Shown here: one piece after another, positions 1-6,763 of the stretch
How positions within the stretch are numbered: position 1 is the stretch's first letter
Layout: each line of letters starts with the position of its first letter
Origin: a virus
Length of the DNA: 44,529 nucleotides
Reading direction: 5' to 3' (one strand)
IMG/VR virus record: IMGVR_UViG_3300022912_000003
The notes under the pieces: generated by a model
Told to the model about the DNA's origin: nothing
The model's database searches: none
What the model saw: only the letters and a program-made list of their open reading frames with translations
Program-made: the position numbers and the translations under genes

Positions 1-127
1 TACCTAATTTTACTATGTTCAGGCTTAGCGGAAACTATCCTGCAATAGTCCCAAGTATCAATCAATTAATAACTGTTGAAGTATATCGTATCACAGAGAA
101 AGTCTACAAGAAGATAGAACAGTTAGA
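1..127. repeat. Terminal direct repeat copy 1, identical to 44403-44529 (circular-assembly overlap)
   Basis: Read directly: tacctaattttactatgttcagg...aagatagaacagttaga is present at both window ends, 127/127 identical. Confidence 0.97.
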
Positions 128-245
128 ATTACCTTACAATTATCATGCTGAAACTATCACAACCGAATTTGGTGTCGCTACTATATATGTCTATAATACT
201 ATAGAAAGTGGCGACTGGAATAAACAAAGTAAAAGGAGGCTCTAA
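1..245 (+). CDS. gamma-glutamylcyclotransferase-like (AIG2/GGACT family) protein, C-terminal part of the junction-spanning gene
   Basis: In frame with 44312-44529 through the terminal repeat. Contains ..YPAIVP..VEVYRI..IEQLELPYNYH..ATIYVY typical of the GGCT-like fold, including the LE(x) Glu. Stop TAA at 243-245. Confidence 0.8.
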   Translation, partial: PNFTMFRLSGNYPAIVPSINQLITVEVYRITEKVYKKIEQLELPYNYHAETITTEFGVATIYVYNTIESGDWNKQSKRRL

Positions 246-445
246 TGAGAGCAATAAGACATGCGGCAATAGCAGTATTATCAATGATTTACACAAGTAT
301 GTGGTGGGTATCAATTCTATGGTATCCCGCAAAATGGGTAGCCCCAATATTAGCACTGTCAGTTGTTGGTGGGTTATTAATAATGACTTTTATCTGTATG
401 TGGGTTATAGATAATTGGGATTTTCGTAGCCCTAATTTAAGATGA
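245..445 (+). CDS. small membrane protein (about 2 TM helices)
   Basis: ATG overlaps the upstream stop (TAATG). Hydrophobic stretches AIAVLSMIYTSMWWVSILW and VAPILALSVVGGLLIMTFICMWV. Confidence 0.6.
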   Translation: MRAIRHAAIAVLSMIYTSMWWVSILWYPAKWVAPILALSVVGGLLIMTFICMWVIDNWDFRSPNLR

Positions 446-528
446 ACAAGTCTATAACTGTGATTGAGGTAATAGTCTCAATAATAACTGTACTAACAAT
501 AATAACAGGAGTAATTATCAATGGATGA
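442..528 (+). CDS. 28-aa hydrophobic peptide (putative)
   Basis: ATGA overlap with the upstream stop. MNKSITVIEVIVSIITVLTIITGVIING. Its stop overlaps the start region of the next gene. Below the ORF-track size cutoff. Confidence 0.3.
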   Translation: MNKSITVIEVIVSIITVLTIITGVIING

Positions 529-892
529 TTGGAATGGAAGATTATTAGAAGCCTATGATGCTTTAATAGCAGGGCTTAATAGTGTAAAGGACTTTGCTGT
601 AGAGCAAATACCAATAGTATTGCAGCAGCTCTTAGCATGGGAGTTTACAATAAATCTTATTGGGTTTGTATGTGCTATTGTTTTACTAATAATATTTACA
701 GGTGTGGTTTTATGGGGTTGTAAGTACTGTGTAGAAGAAGGTGAACCCCCTGTAATACCGATAATACTTTTAGTATCATCATTTATATATATACCCATTG
801 GATATTGGATTAATAATACTATTGTTTGGCTTAAAATCCTTATTGCACCTAAAGTATTCTTAATTGAATATCTGTCAGAACTTGTAAAATAA
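521..892 (+). CDS. membrane protein (about 3 TM helices)
   Basis: 123-aa ORF with long hydrophobic segments (LIGFVCAIVLLIIFTGVVLWG, PVIPIILLVSSFIYIPIGYWI). Part of a translationally coupled chain. Confidence 0.6.
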   Translation: MDDWNGRLLEAYDALIAGLNSVKDFAVEQIPIVLQQLLAWEFTINLIGFVCAIVLLIIFTGVVLWGCKYCVEEGEPPVIPIILLVSSFIYIPIGYWINNTIVWLKILIAPKVFLIEYLSELVK

Positions 893-999
893 TGAACACA
901 AAAACTAAATGGCGGATATACTGTAGAATGATAGCCTCAGTTATATTATTCATCGCAGGATTCACATTATTTGTACACTTAGTATCGTTAGTGAGGTAA
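892..999 (+). CDS. 35-aa single-pass membrane peptide (putative)
   Basis: TAATG overlap with the upstream stop. MNTKTKWRIYCRMIASVILFIAGFTLFVHLVSLVR. Confidence 0.35.
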   Translation: MNTKTKWRIYCRMIASVILFIAGFTLFVHLVSLVR

Positions 1000-1002
1000 C
1001 GT

Positions 1003-1257
1003 ATGAAATTTATACATAAATCAACACCGGCTATGACAGATGCTATGAAAAAATATCTCGTAGAACATCAATTATTAGAGAAATATTATGAAGAAATTAT
1101 AAAATTCTCCAATGAAGATGAAACTTGGAACCCTACTAATGTTGCAAAAAAACCTGCTGAAAGGTTCATTCTTGCCAGTTCAATATATGGTTATAGATTT
1201 TGGGAACAGCATAATGCTGCTTGTATCCTATTGCATAAAGGAGTCTACTATGTGTAA
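1003..1257 (+). CDS. FW-motif small protein family, paralog 1
   Basis: GAGGT RBS before the ATG. N-terminal KKYLVEHQLLEKY and C-terminal FILASSIYGYRFWEQH match the family pattern shared by 9 ORFs in this genome. Confidence 0.7.
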   Translation: MKFIHKSTPAMTDAMKKYLVEHQLLEKYYEEIIKFSNEDETWNPTNVAKKPAERFILASSIYGYRFWEQHNAACILLHKGVYYV

Positions 1258-1393
1258 ACAATTTGTTAAATCTGATACGTGCGGGTGTACTAAATGTGAC
1301 CCTGTACCAATATGGAAACAATGCTTTGCTATGTTATTCTTAGCAGTCTCATTCATTGGTTTCGTATACTTACTCATGGTGTGGAGTATCTGA
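1250..1393 (+). CDS. 47-aa protein with Cys-rich N-terminus and C-terminal TM helix (putative)
   Basis: AAAGGAG at 1237-1243, ATG at 1250. MCKQFVKSDTCGCTKCDPV...FAMLFLAVSFIGFVYLLMVWSI. Stop overlaps the next ATG (TGATG). Confidence 0.45.
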   Translation: MCKQFVKSDTCGCTKCDPVPIWKQCFAMLFLAVSFIGFVYLLMVWSI

Positions 1394-1614
1394 TGCCAAT
1401 TAAAATAGTGCAATCACTTCACTTATTCTTGACACAAAGACAATTACTGAAAACCTTTATATCTTTAACAGTGAAAGGTAATACTGTAAGAAATTTTATA
1501 GATCGCCCTTGTTCTTCTATAGACTCTGCGTTTAATTGGAGTATTTCATCACAGGGACACAGGTTTTGGGAGAATAAATCACGAGAATATGAAACATGGA
1601 AGGAGGGATTATAA
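1393..1614 (+). CDS. FW-motif small protein family, paralog 2
   Basis: Internal ATG of track ORF 1312-1614, chosen because it is coupled to the upstream stop. LHLFLTQRQLLKTF ... SAFNWSISSQGHRFWENK. Confidence 0.7.
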   Translation: MPIKIVQSLHLFLTQRQLLKTFISLTVKGNTVRNFIDRPCSSIDSAFNWSISSQGHRFWENKSREYETWKEGL

Positions 1615-1827
1615 ATGAAAATTGAAATAATACCAGAATTGCGTTTATATTTGATGCAGAATCAATTATTAAAAGAATTCACAGAAGAGGTGAGAGCATA
1701 TAGATCACTCAACCCAATGATGATGTGGAAAGAATGCAGAACAATAGATTGTTTTATTTGGAGAGAGTCTATACAAGGATATGAATTTTGGAGAATAGCC
1801 TGTCACAAATTTTATCAGGAGTTTTAA
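1615..1827 (+). CDS. FW-motif small protein family, paralog 3
   Basis: AAGGAGG RBS. LRLYLMQNQLLKEF ... CFIWRESIQGYEFWRIA. Start immediately follows the upstream TAA. Confidence 0.75.
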   Translation: MKIEIIPELRLYLMQNQLLKEFTEEVRAYRSLNPMMMWKECRTIDCFIWRESIQGYEFWRIACHKFYQEF

Positions 1828-2052
1828 ATGGATATTAAACTAACACAGAAATTACACCTGTATTTGATACAGCACAAGGCACTACATCTGTTTATTGATG
1901 AAGTGGAATCACGAGCAATAAGAAATACAATGTATAACCCTAATATAAGACATTCCTGTGTGAATAATTCCCTTCATTGGACTAATACACACCAAGGGGC
2001 ACAATTTTGGGAAGATATATACGAAGGTTTTTGTGCATGGGAGTATAGATAA
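1828..2052 (+). CDS. FW-motif small protein family, paralog 4
   Basis: LHLYLIQHKALHLF ... NSLHWTNTHQGAQFWEDIY. Start immediately follows the upstream TAA. Confidence 0.75.
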   Translation: MDIKLTQKLHLYLIQHKALHLFIDEVESRAIRNTMYNPNIRHSCVNNSLHWTNTHQGAQFWEDIYEGFCAWEYR

Positions 2053-2261
2053 TGATAATCCATAAGAGAGAGAAAGATTATCTTGTAAGACATCAATTAA
2101 TAGTTGAATTTGAGGAAGAATTCGATCAAGAATTTTTTGATGGATTGGATGATGAAGACCATACTATACGGATAGGCTCTGCATTTAATTGGGGTCGTTC
2201 AAAAAGAGGAAGTGATTTTTGGAATAGAGTACATTTAAACGTAATAAGAGGACAACACTAA
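2052..2261 (+). CDS. FW-motif small protein family, paralog 5
   Basis: TAATG overlap with the upstream stop. DYLVRHQLIVEF ... SAFNWGRSKRGSDFWNRVH. Confidence 0.75.
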   Translation: MIIHKREKDYLVRHQLIVEFEEEFDQEFFDGLDDEDHTIRIGSAFNWGRSKRGSDFWNRVHLNVIRGQH

Positions 2262-2280
2262 ACACGAAAGGAACAAATAA

Positions 2281-2361
2281 ATGATGGCAATAATTGCTAT
2301 GACGTATATTACAATAACGGCTACTATGACAGTAGTCAAATTAAAAGGAAGAACAAAATGA
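2281..2361 (+). CDS. 26-aa hydrophobic peptide (putative)
   Basis: AAAGGA RBS. MMAIIAMTYITITATMTVVKLKGRTK. ATGA overlap with the amidoligase start. Confidence 0.3.
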   Translation: MMAIIAMTYITITATMTVVKLKGRTK

Positions 2362-3890
2362 AAATCAAGTTCATTTTAGGCGGATTTTCACCTGAACAGG
2401 TGAGGTATATTGGTAAAAGTAGAAGGGCTTTTTCTAATATAGCAAAAGCTGAGGAGTTTGCATCTTTGAGAGGTAAAGCGTCTCTTAATGCAAAAACAAT
2501 AAGTGTGCAATTCGGAAGAATCCCGTCATGGTATCAAGCTATACGTGAAGGTATGATAAATCCTCCAAGCGGTAACAATGTATGGAGAGAGGTAGAAACA
2601 AAGTACGGAACGAAGAAAATAACCACAGGAATCTACTCCGTAGAGAAACCTGACTGCTATTTCAGTGATAATGTGGAAAGTAATGAGGTAGAGGCAACTC
2701 TATATTGTCCCGGATCACTAACAGAACATGACTGTGATAAAATTAGCAGGAATCTTACAAACTGTACGTTCAACCTACTGCCTTTAGTTATGAGTAGCCT
2801 TATAGCTAAAACAAAAGCATACTTTCTGAGGGAATCGCACGTAAAAACTACCATGAAAACAGATGGTATTGTCATAGAACTATCATTTGACGATACTAAG
2901 AGTACATCGTGTCCTCTATGTGGTGATGGGAAACCAACACGTAAAATACCAAATGGTATACACGTCTGTGAGAGCTGTTTTAGTGGCTTACCGCACTGCG
3001 AGCACTGTGCTGTAGTCATGATAAACAATGGTACGAGTAAATTATGCCCTGATTGTAAGAAAAAAGCAGTAAAATGCTCAAAATGTGGGACAAAGTTCAT
3101 CGCAAGAACATCTAAAGAGAAAAAAATCGGTAAATGTGCATCTTGTTATGAAAAATCAAGAGGTGTTGTGCAGAATTATAGTTATAACCCTGTGATTCCG
3201 CAATTTCTTGATATTCGTGGCAAAAGAGTTGTTTCTTATAGGGATAACTTTGCAAATGGAGTAGAGCCAAAACTATTTTTTGGATTTGAGAATGAAATGT
3301 ATGTGAAAAAACCACTTCACGAGAACATGGATAAAATACTTGAGGATGTTGGGCTCTTTGTATACTATAAAGACGATAGTTCTGTAAGAAAATCAGCAGG
3401 ATCAGACTGTAATAACGGGGTAGAGATGGTATCTTATCCTATGACATGGGAATTCTTCAACAAGCATCTGTACGATGGTCTACAAACCATTGATAATAAG
3501 GTTCTGACTGATGGGAACTGTGGATTACACGTACATTTCTCACGAGATGCCCTGAGTATACCACAGATGATAAACGTGGTGAAGTTCACTATGGATAATA
3601 AACCCTACATGATAAGAAGAAGTGGCAGGGGTGGTGAAAATTCCTTCTGTAAATATTCTGTTGATATGATGACAGGATTAAAACGAATAAATGACATCAA
3701 CCAGACTTTTGGTAGTCGGTGGGTATGGAACTTTAACAAACCAGCAACCATAGAATTTAGAGGGTTCTCAGGCTGTAGTAGCACATCTGAATTACGGGCT
3801 AAACTAATCTTTATCTTGTCAGTCCTTGAGGCAGGTAAAAATGGTACAATAACAATCGAAAAAATAGAAACAATAGAAAGGACATTTTAA
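2358..3890 (+). CDS. amidoligase (GCS2/glutamine-synthetase-like COOH-NH2 ligase, Amidoligase_2-type) with a ~270-aa N-terminal extension carrying multiple CxxC zinc ribbons
   Basis: C-terminal half carries FGFENEMYV, GVEMVSYPM, CGLHVHFS and IEFRGF in the order typical of the amidoligase_2 family. The N-terminal part has CPLCGDG..CESC..CEHC..CPDC..CSKC..CASC. Confidence 0.75.
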   Translation: MKIKFILGGFSPEQVRYIGKSRRAFSNIAKAEEFASLRGKASLNAKTISVQFGRIPSWYQAIREGMINPPSGNNVWREVETKYGTKKITTGIYSVEKPDCYFSDNVESNEVEATLYCPGSLTEHDCDKISRNLTNCTFNLLPLVMSSLIAKTKAYFLRESHVKTTMKTDGIVIELSFDDTKSTSCPLCGDGKPTRKIPNGIHVCESCFSGLPHCEHCAVVMINNGTSKLCPDCKKKAVKCSKCGTKFIARTSKEKKIGKCASCYEKSRGVVQNYSYNPVIPQFLDIRGKRVVSYRDNFANGVEPKLFFGFENEMYVKKPLHENMDKILEDVGLFVYYKDDSSVRKSAGSDCNNGVEMVSYPMTWEFFNKHLYDGLQTIDNKVLTDGNCGLHVHFSRDALSIPQMINVVKFTMDNKPYMIRRSGRGGENSFCKYSVDMMTGLKRINDINQTFGSRWVWNFNKPATIEFRGFSGCSSTSELRAKLIFILSVLEAGKNGTITIEKIETIERTF

Positions 3891-3891
3891 T

Positions 3892-5091
3892 ATGTGTTTA
3901 CTCATGTTGCAAAAAGGTGGGCATGTTATCCCAAAGGAGCATATAGAGCAAGCCTTTAAGACTAATAAAGACGGCTTGGGGTTTGCTTATGCTTCTGATA
4001 GTGTAATAAAACTACACAGATTCAAAACAACAAAACCATTCTTTAAGGCTTATTATAAAGCTGTACACGCAAACCCTGATGCAAACTTTCTTGTACATCT
4101 GAGGTTTGGTACGAGTGGTAGAAAAGATGACACTAATTGTCACCCGTTCTATGTTAATCCTAAGCTTGTGTTCGCACACAACGGAGTTATCCATTCTATT
4201 GCTGATGATCCTGAGAAGAAACTGTGTGACACAAGAATGTTCTGTGAATTAATCTTGAAAGAGGTTGATAAAGAGTTCCTATCTAATGAGGCACTATGCG
4301 AATTGATCCTATCATATATAGGAATTGGTAATAAGTTGGCGTTCCTTGATAATGAGGGGAAGTATACCATTATGAATGAGAGTGTAGGACATTGGAATGA
4401 AGGGGTATGGTATAGTAATATGAATTACAAATCAAACACCTATAAAACAAGGACTTATACACCCCCAAAAACGAGTAAAACTCCACACAGAAGTTCAGCA
4501 TGGTATCAGAATAACCGTTGGAATGGCACTGAGTTTATTAATAGGGCTACAGGTGAAGTAGTTCTTGATGATGAGGGTGATGAGCCTTATGATAATATTA
4601 CTCCATACTCACAGGGTGATCTCTATGATGATAACCCTGCATGGGGTTGGGGTGATATTGCAGGAGACCACATCGGTAATAACCATGAGGCAGGATGTCC
4701 TAATGAAGTAAAGGCTCTCGCTGAAACAAATGCTGTAAAACCATGTAAAGAGAATACCGTTCTCATGAGAAAAGCGGGGTCTGATTTTGCATGGAGTTGT
4801 AAACATAAGATCGGTAAAAAGATACAGTGCAATCATTGTGGTGAACCGAAGGGGACATTAATATCTCTTGATTGGCAGGGCTTTATGTGTTCAACTATGA
4901 AAGATAACACGATAGAGTGGCAATTTGAAATGCTTGGCTTAGAAGAAGTTGATATATATATATGTGAGCAATGTTTTACATCGCTTGAATATATCATGGA
5001 AGGCGACCTGACAAGTCAAGTTAGCAGGGTAATGACAAAAATCTATAAGAATAGATATGATATTATTCCTGAGAATATGCCGACAGTATGA
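3892..5091 (+). CDS. class-II (Ntn) glutamine amidotransferase-like protein with a Cys-rich C-terminal domain
   Basis: Starts MC.. (Cys2 nucleophile). DGLGFAY, HLRFGTSG, NCHPF and FAHNGVI match class-II GATase motifs. The C-terminal ~230 aa has CNHCGEP ... CEQC. Confidence 0.75.
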   Translation: MCLLMLQKGGHVIPKEHIEQAFKTNKDGLGFAYASDSVIKLHRFKTTKPFFKAYYKAVHANPDANFLVHLRFGTSGRKDDTNCHPFYVNPKLVFAHNGVIHSIADDPEKKLCDTRMFCELILKEVDKEFLSNEALCELILSYIGIGNKLAFLDNEGKYTIMNESVGHWNEGVWYSNMNYKSNTYKTRTYTPPKTSKTPHRSSAWYQNNRWNGTEFINRATGEVVLDDEGDEPYDNITPYSQGDLYDDNPAWGWGDIAGDHIGNNHEAGCPNEVKALAETNAVKPCKENTVLMRKAGSDFAWSCKHKIGKKIQCNHCGEPKGTLISLDWQGFMCSTMKDNTIEWQFEMLGLEEVDIYICEQCFTSLEYIMEGDLTSQVSRVMTKIYKNRYDIIPENMPTV

Positions 5092-5168
5092 TTGACATGT
5101 ATGACATAATGGCAGTAGTTGTAACTGCTCTGTTAGTGTACTTGGTTGATAAACTAATAAATAAGTAG
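5088..5168 (+). CDS. 26-aa single-pass membrane peptide (putative)
   Basis: ATGA overlap with the GATase stop. MIDMYDIMAVVVTALLVYLVDKLINK. Ends just before the RBS of the ATP-grasp gene. Confidence 0.3.
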   Translation: MIDMYDIMAVVVTALLVYLVDKLINK

Positions 5169-5176
5169 GAGGTATA

Positions 5177-5917
5177 ATGATCTATAGTACAACAAAAACA
5201 AGAAAAGGGGCTAAGTTAATAGCAGGATTGTGTGGGATGCGGACTACCGTATCCTTAGAGATGGCAAGGAATGCCCCATTTATAATACATTGGGGTACGA
5301 AGTGTGCAGAATCATTCAGTAGGAAACCAAGGCTGAATAGTAATCTACATTTGGTGAGGAATAAACTGACAGAGCTAACTATGTTGAGAGATGGTGACAT
5401 AAGAACAGTACCATTCTCAGAGAATCCTGATAGTGTTAGTTATCCAGCATTTGGTAGGTTATTTAATCATAGGGCAGGTACAGATATTCGTCTGTGCTTG
5501 TCAAGATTACACGCTGACTATGCCAAGAGTAATTTCTACAGTGAATATATAGATTCTAAAACAGAATACCGTGTCCATGTATTTAGAAATTGGGCTACAG
5601 ATAAGTACAATGTATTTAGAATACAGGAGAAATATCTCGAATCACCATTCAGCAATAAACCGTACTGTCGCAGTCGTGGCAATGGATTCCATCTGAGGAA
5701 CGTGAATAGGGAACAGTGGAGAGATTTTCCTGTGACTGTCAGGCAGTTAGCAACAAAGGCTTGTAGGGTCTTAAATAGAGACTTCGCCGCATTTGATATA
5801 ATTGTTACGCCTGATGATATACCGTATATTCTTGAAGCTAATTCAGCCCCCGGATGTGATGACCTTGGTGCATCGTTGTATGCTACAAGATTCCGTTCAT
5901 GGGCTGATTCATTATAG
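5177..5917 (+). CDS. ATP-grasp family ligase (RimK-like)
   Basis: AGGAGG RBS. EYRVHVF strand and FDIIVTPDDIPYILEANSAPG (E-x-N Mg/ATP motif) are characteristic of the ATP-grasp fold. Confidence 0.7.
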   Translation: MIYSTTKTRKGAKLIAGLCGMRTTVSLEMARNAPFIIHWGTKCAESFSRKPRLNSNLHLVRNKLTELTMLRDGDIRTVPFSENPDSVSYPAFGRLFNHRAGTDIRLCLSRLHADYAKSNFYSEYIDSKTEYRVHVFRNWATDKYNVFRIQEKYLESPFSNKPYCRSRGNGFHLRNVNREQWRDFPVTVRQLATKACRVLNRDFAAFDIIVTPDDIPYILEANSAPGCDDLGASLYATRFRSWADSL

Positions 5918-5925
5918 GAGGGACT

Positions 5926-6207
5926 ATGGATAGAAGTAACAATGCTAACGGATTATTGAGATTCTTGAAAGAGAATCAAGCGTACGAAAACTACATGAAA
6001 AAAACATCTAAGGATAGGGATTATAAATCCTTAGAAGATTTCATGGGGTTTGTAGAAATCATTGTAAACGAAGGGAGATATATTTCAGAAATATTTCGGA
6101 TATCTTTTAGTCGTGGGTTTTACCAAGAATATGGTGATGAACCATATTGGCACGGTATTGATATGAAATGGAGACAAGTATGTTGGGATTATTGTGATCG
6201 CCCCTAA
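5926..6207 (+). CDS. FW-motif small protein family, paralog 6 (divergent)
   Basis: GGAGGG RBS. LLRFLKENQAYENY ... YGDEPYWHGIDMKW. Confidence 0.6.
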   Translation: MDRSNNANGLLRFLKENQAYENYMKKTSKDRDYKSLEDFMGFVEIIVNEGRYISEIFRISFSRGFYQEYGDEPYWHGIDMKWRQVCWDYCDRP

Positions 6208-6466
6208 GTTAAGACTATTTCTAATAAAACGACAGGCTCTTGATCGGTTTGAATATAGACTTGATCCTGATAACTTTCCATATATGAATGACTGTTCAGA
6301 TGATTGTATGATTGAGGAAGCATTCGCTTGGGATGGAGACGATGATGAAGATTATTGGGAAGATTTGAATGGTGAATGGAATGATCTATGTGATACAATG
6401 TCAAACTTTAACATAGATGATATACTTAATGACTTTAGGAGTTTACATAGTTATGATACACTCTAA
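6194..6466 (+). CDS. FW-motif small protein family, paralog 7 (acidic variant)
   Basis: GTG start, 14-nt overlap with the upstream gene. LRLFLIKRQALDRF ... EAFAWDGDDDEDYWEDLNGEW. Confidence 0.6.
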   Translation: MIAPKLRLFLIKRQALDRFEYRLDPDNFPYMNDCSDDCMIEEAFAWDGDDDEDYWEDLNGEWNDLCDTMSNFNIDDILNDFRSLHSYDTL

Positions 6467-6701
6467 TCCTATATTCAGACATAGAATGCTTGTTACATTC
6501 TTATTAGAACGTCAAGCGTTGGATAAATTCCATTCCAATCTAAATAATGAAGATATAATAAATATGAGTACTGCCTGTAGCACCATAAATGTTAAAGCTG
6601 TGATATTCAATTCATTCTTTTGGAGTCAAACACCAGAAGGAGATGCGTATTGGGATTCATTACATCAGGAGTTTAGTAGTTTTTATATAGATTCTAATTA
6701 A
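6453..6701 (+). CDS. FW-motif small protein family, paralog 8
   Basis: Internal ATG of track ORF 6417-6701, preceded by TAGGAG. LVTFLLERQALDKF ... NSFFWSQTPEGDAYWDSLHQEF. Confidence 0.6.
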   Translation: MIHSNPIFRHRMLVTFLLERQALDKFHSNLNNEDIINMSTACSTINVKAVIFNSFFWSQTPEGDAYWDSLHQEFSSFYIDSN

Positions 6702-6707
6702 TCAATA

Positions 6708-6763
6708 ATAGTATATTATAATACTTATATAATATATATAATATAATAAGAGAGGTAAAAATG
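6708..6763 (+). promoter_or_regulatory. AT-rich promoter-like element plus RBS (TATAATATATATAATATAATAAGAGAGGTAAAAATG), copy A
   Basis: 59-bp intergenic gap. Near-identical element on the opposite strand at 39721-39765. Contains several TATAAT-like hexamers. Confidence 0.5.

Noticed and set aside
1-127. 127-bp terminal repeat as a biological direct terminal repeat
   Set aside because: The exact length matches the usual assembler k-mer overlap of circular contigs. A coding sequence reads through it in frame, and no packaging-type features are seen at its borders. It is treated as an assembly overlap, though this needs read-level confirmation.
2657-3100. 147-aa minus-strand ORF inside the amidoligase gene, and similar antisense ORFs at 4012-4370 and 4609-4836
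   Set aside because: They are antisense to genes with clear enzyme motifs, have no RBS, and sit in an all-plus-strand arm.
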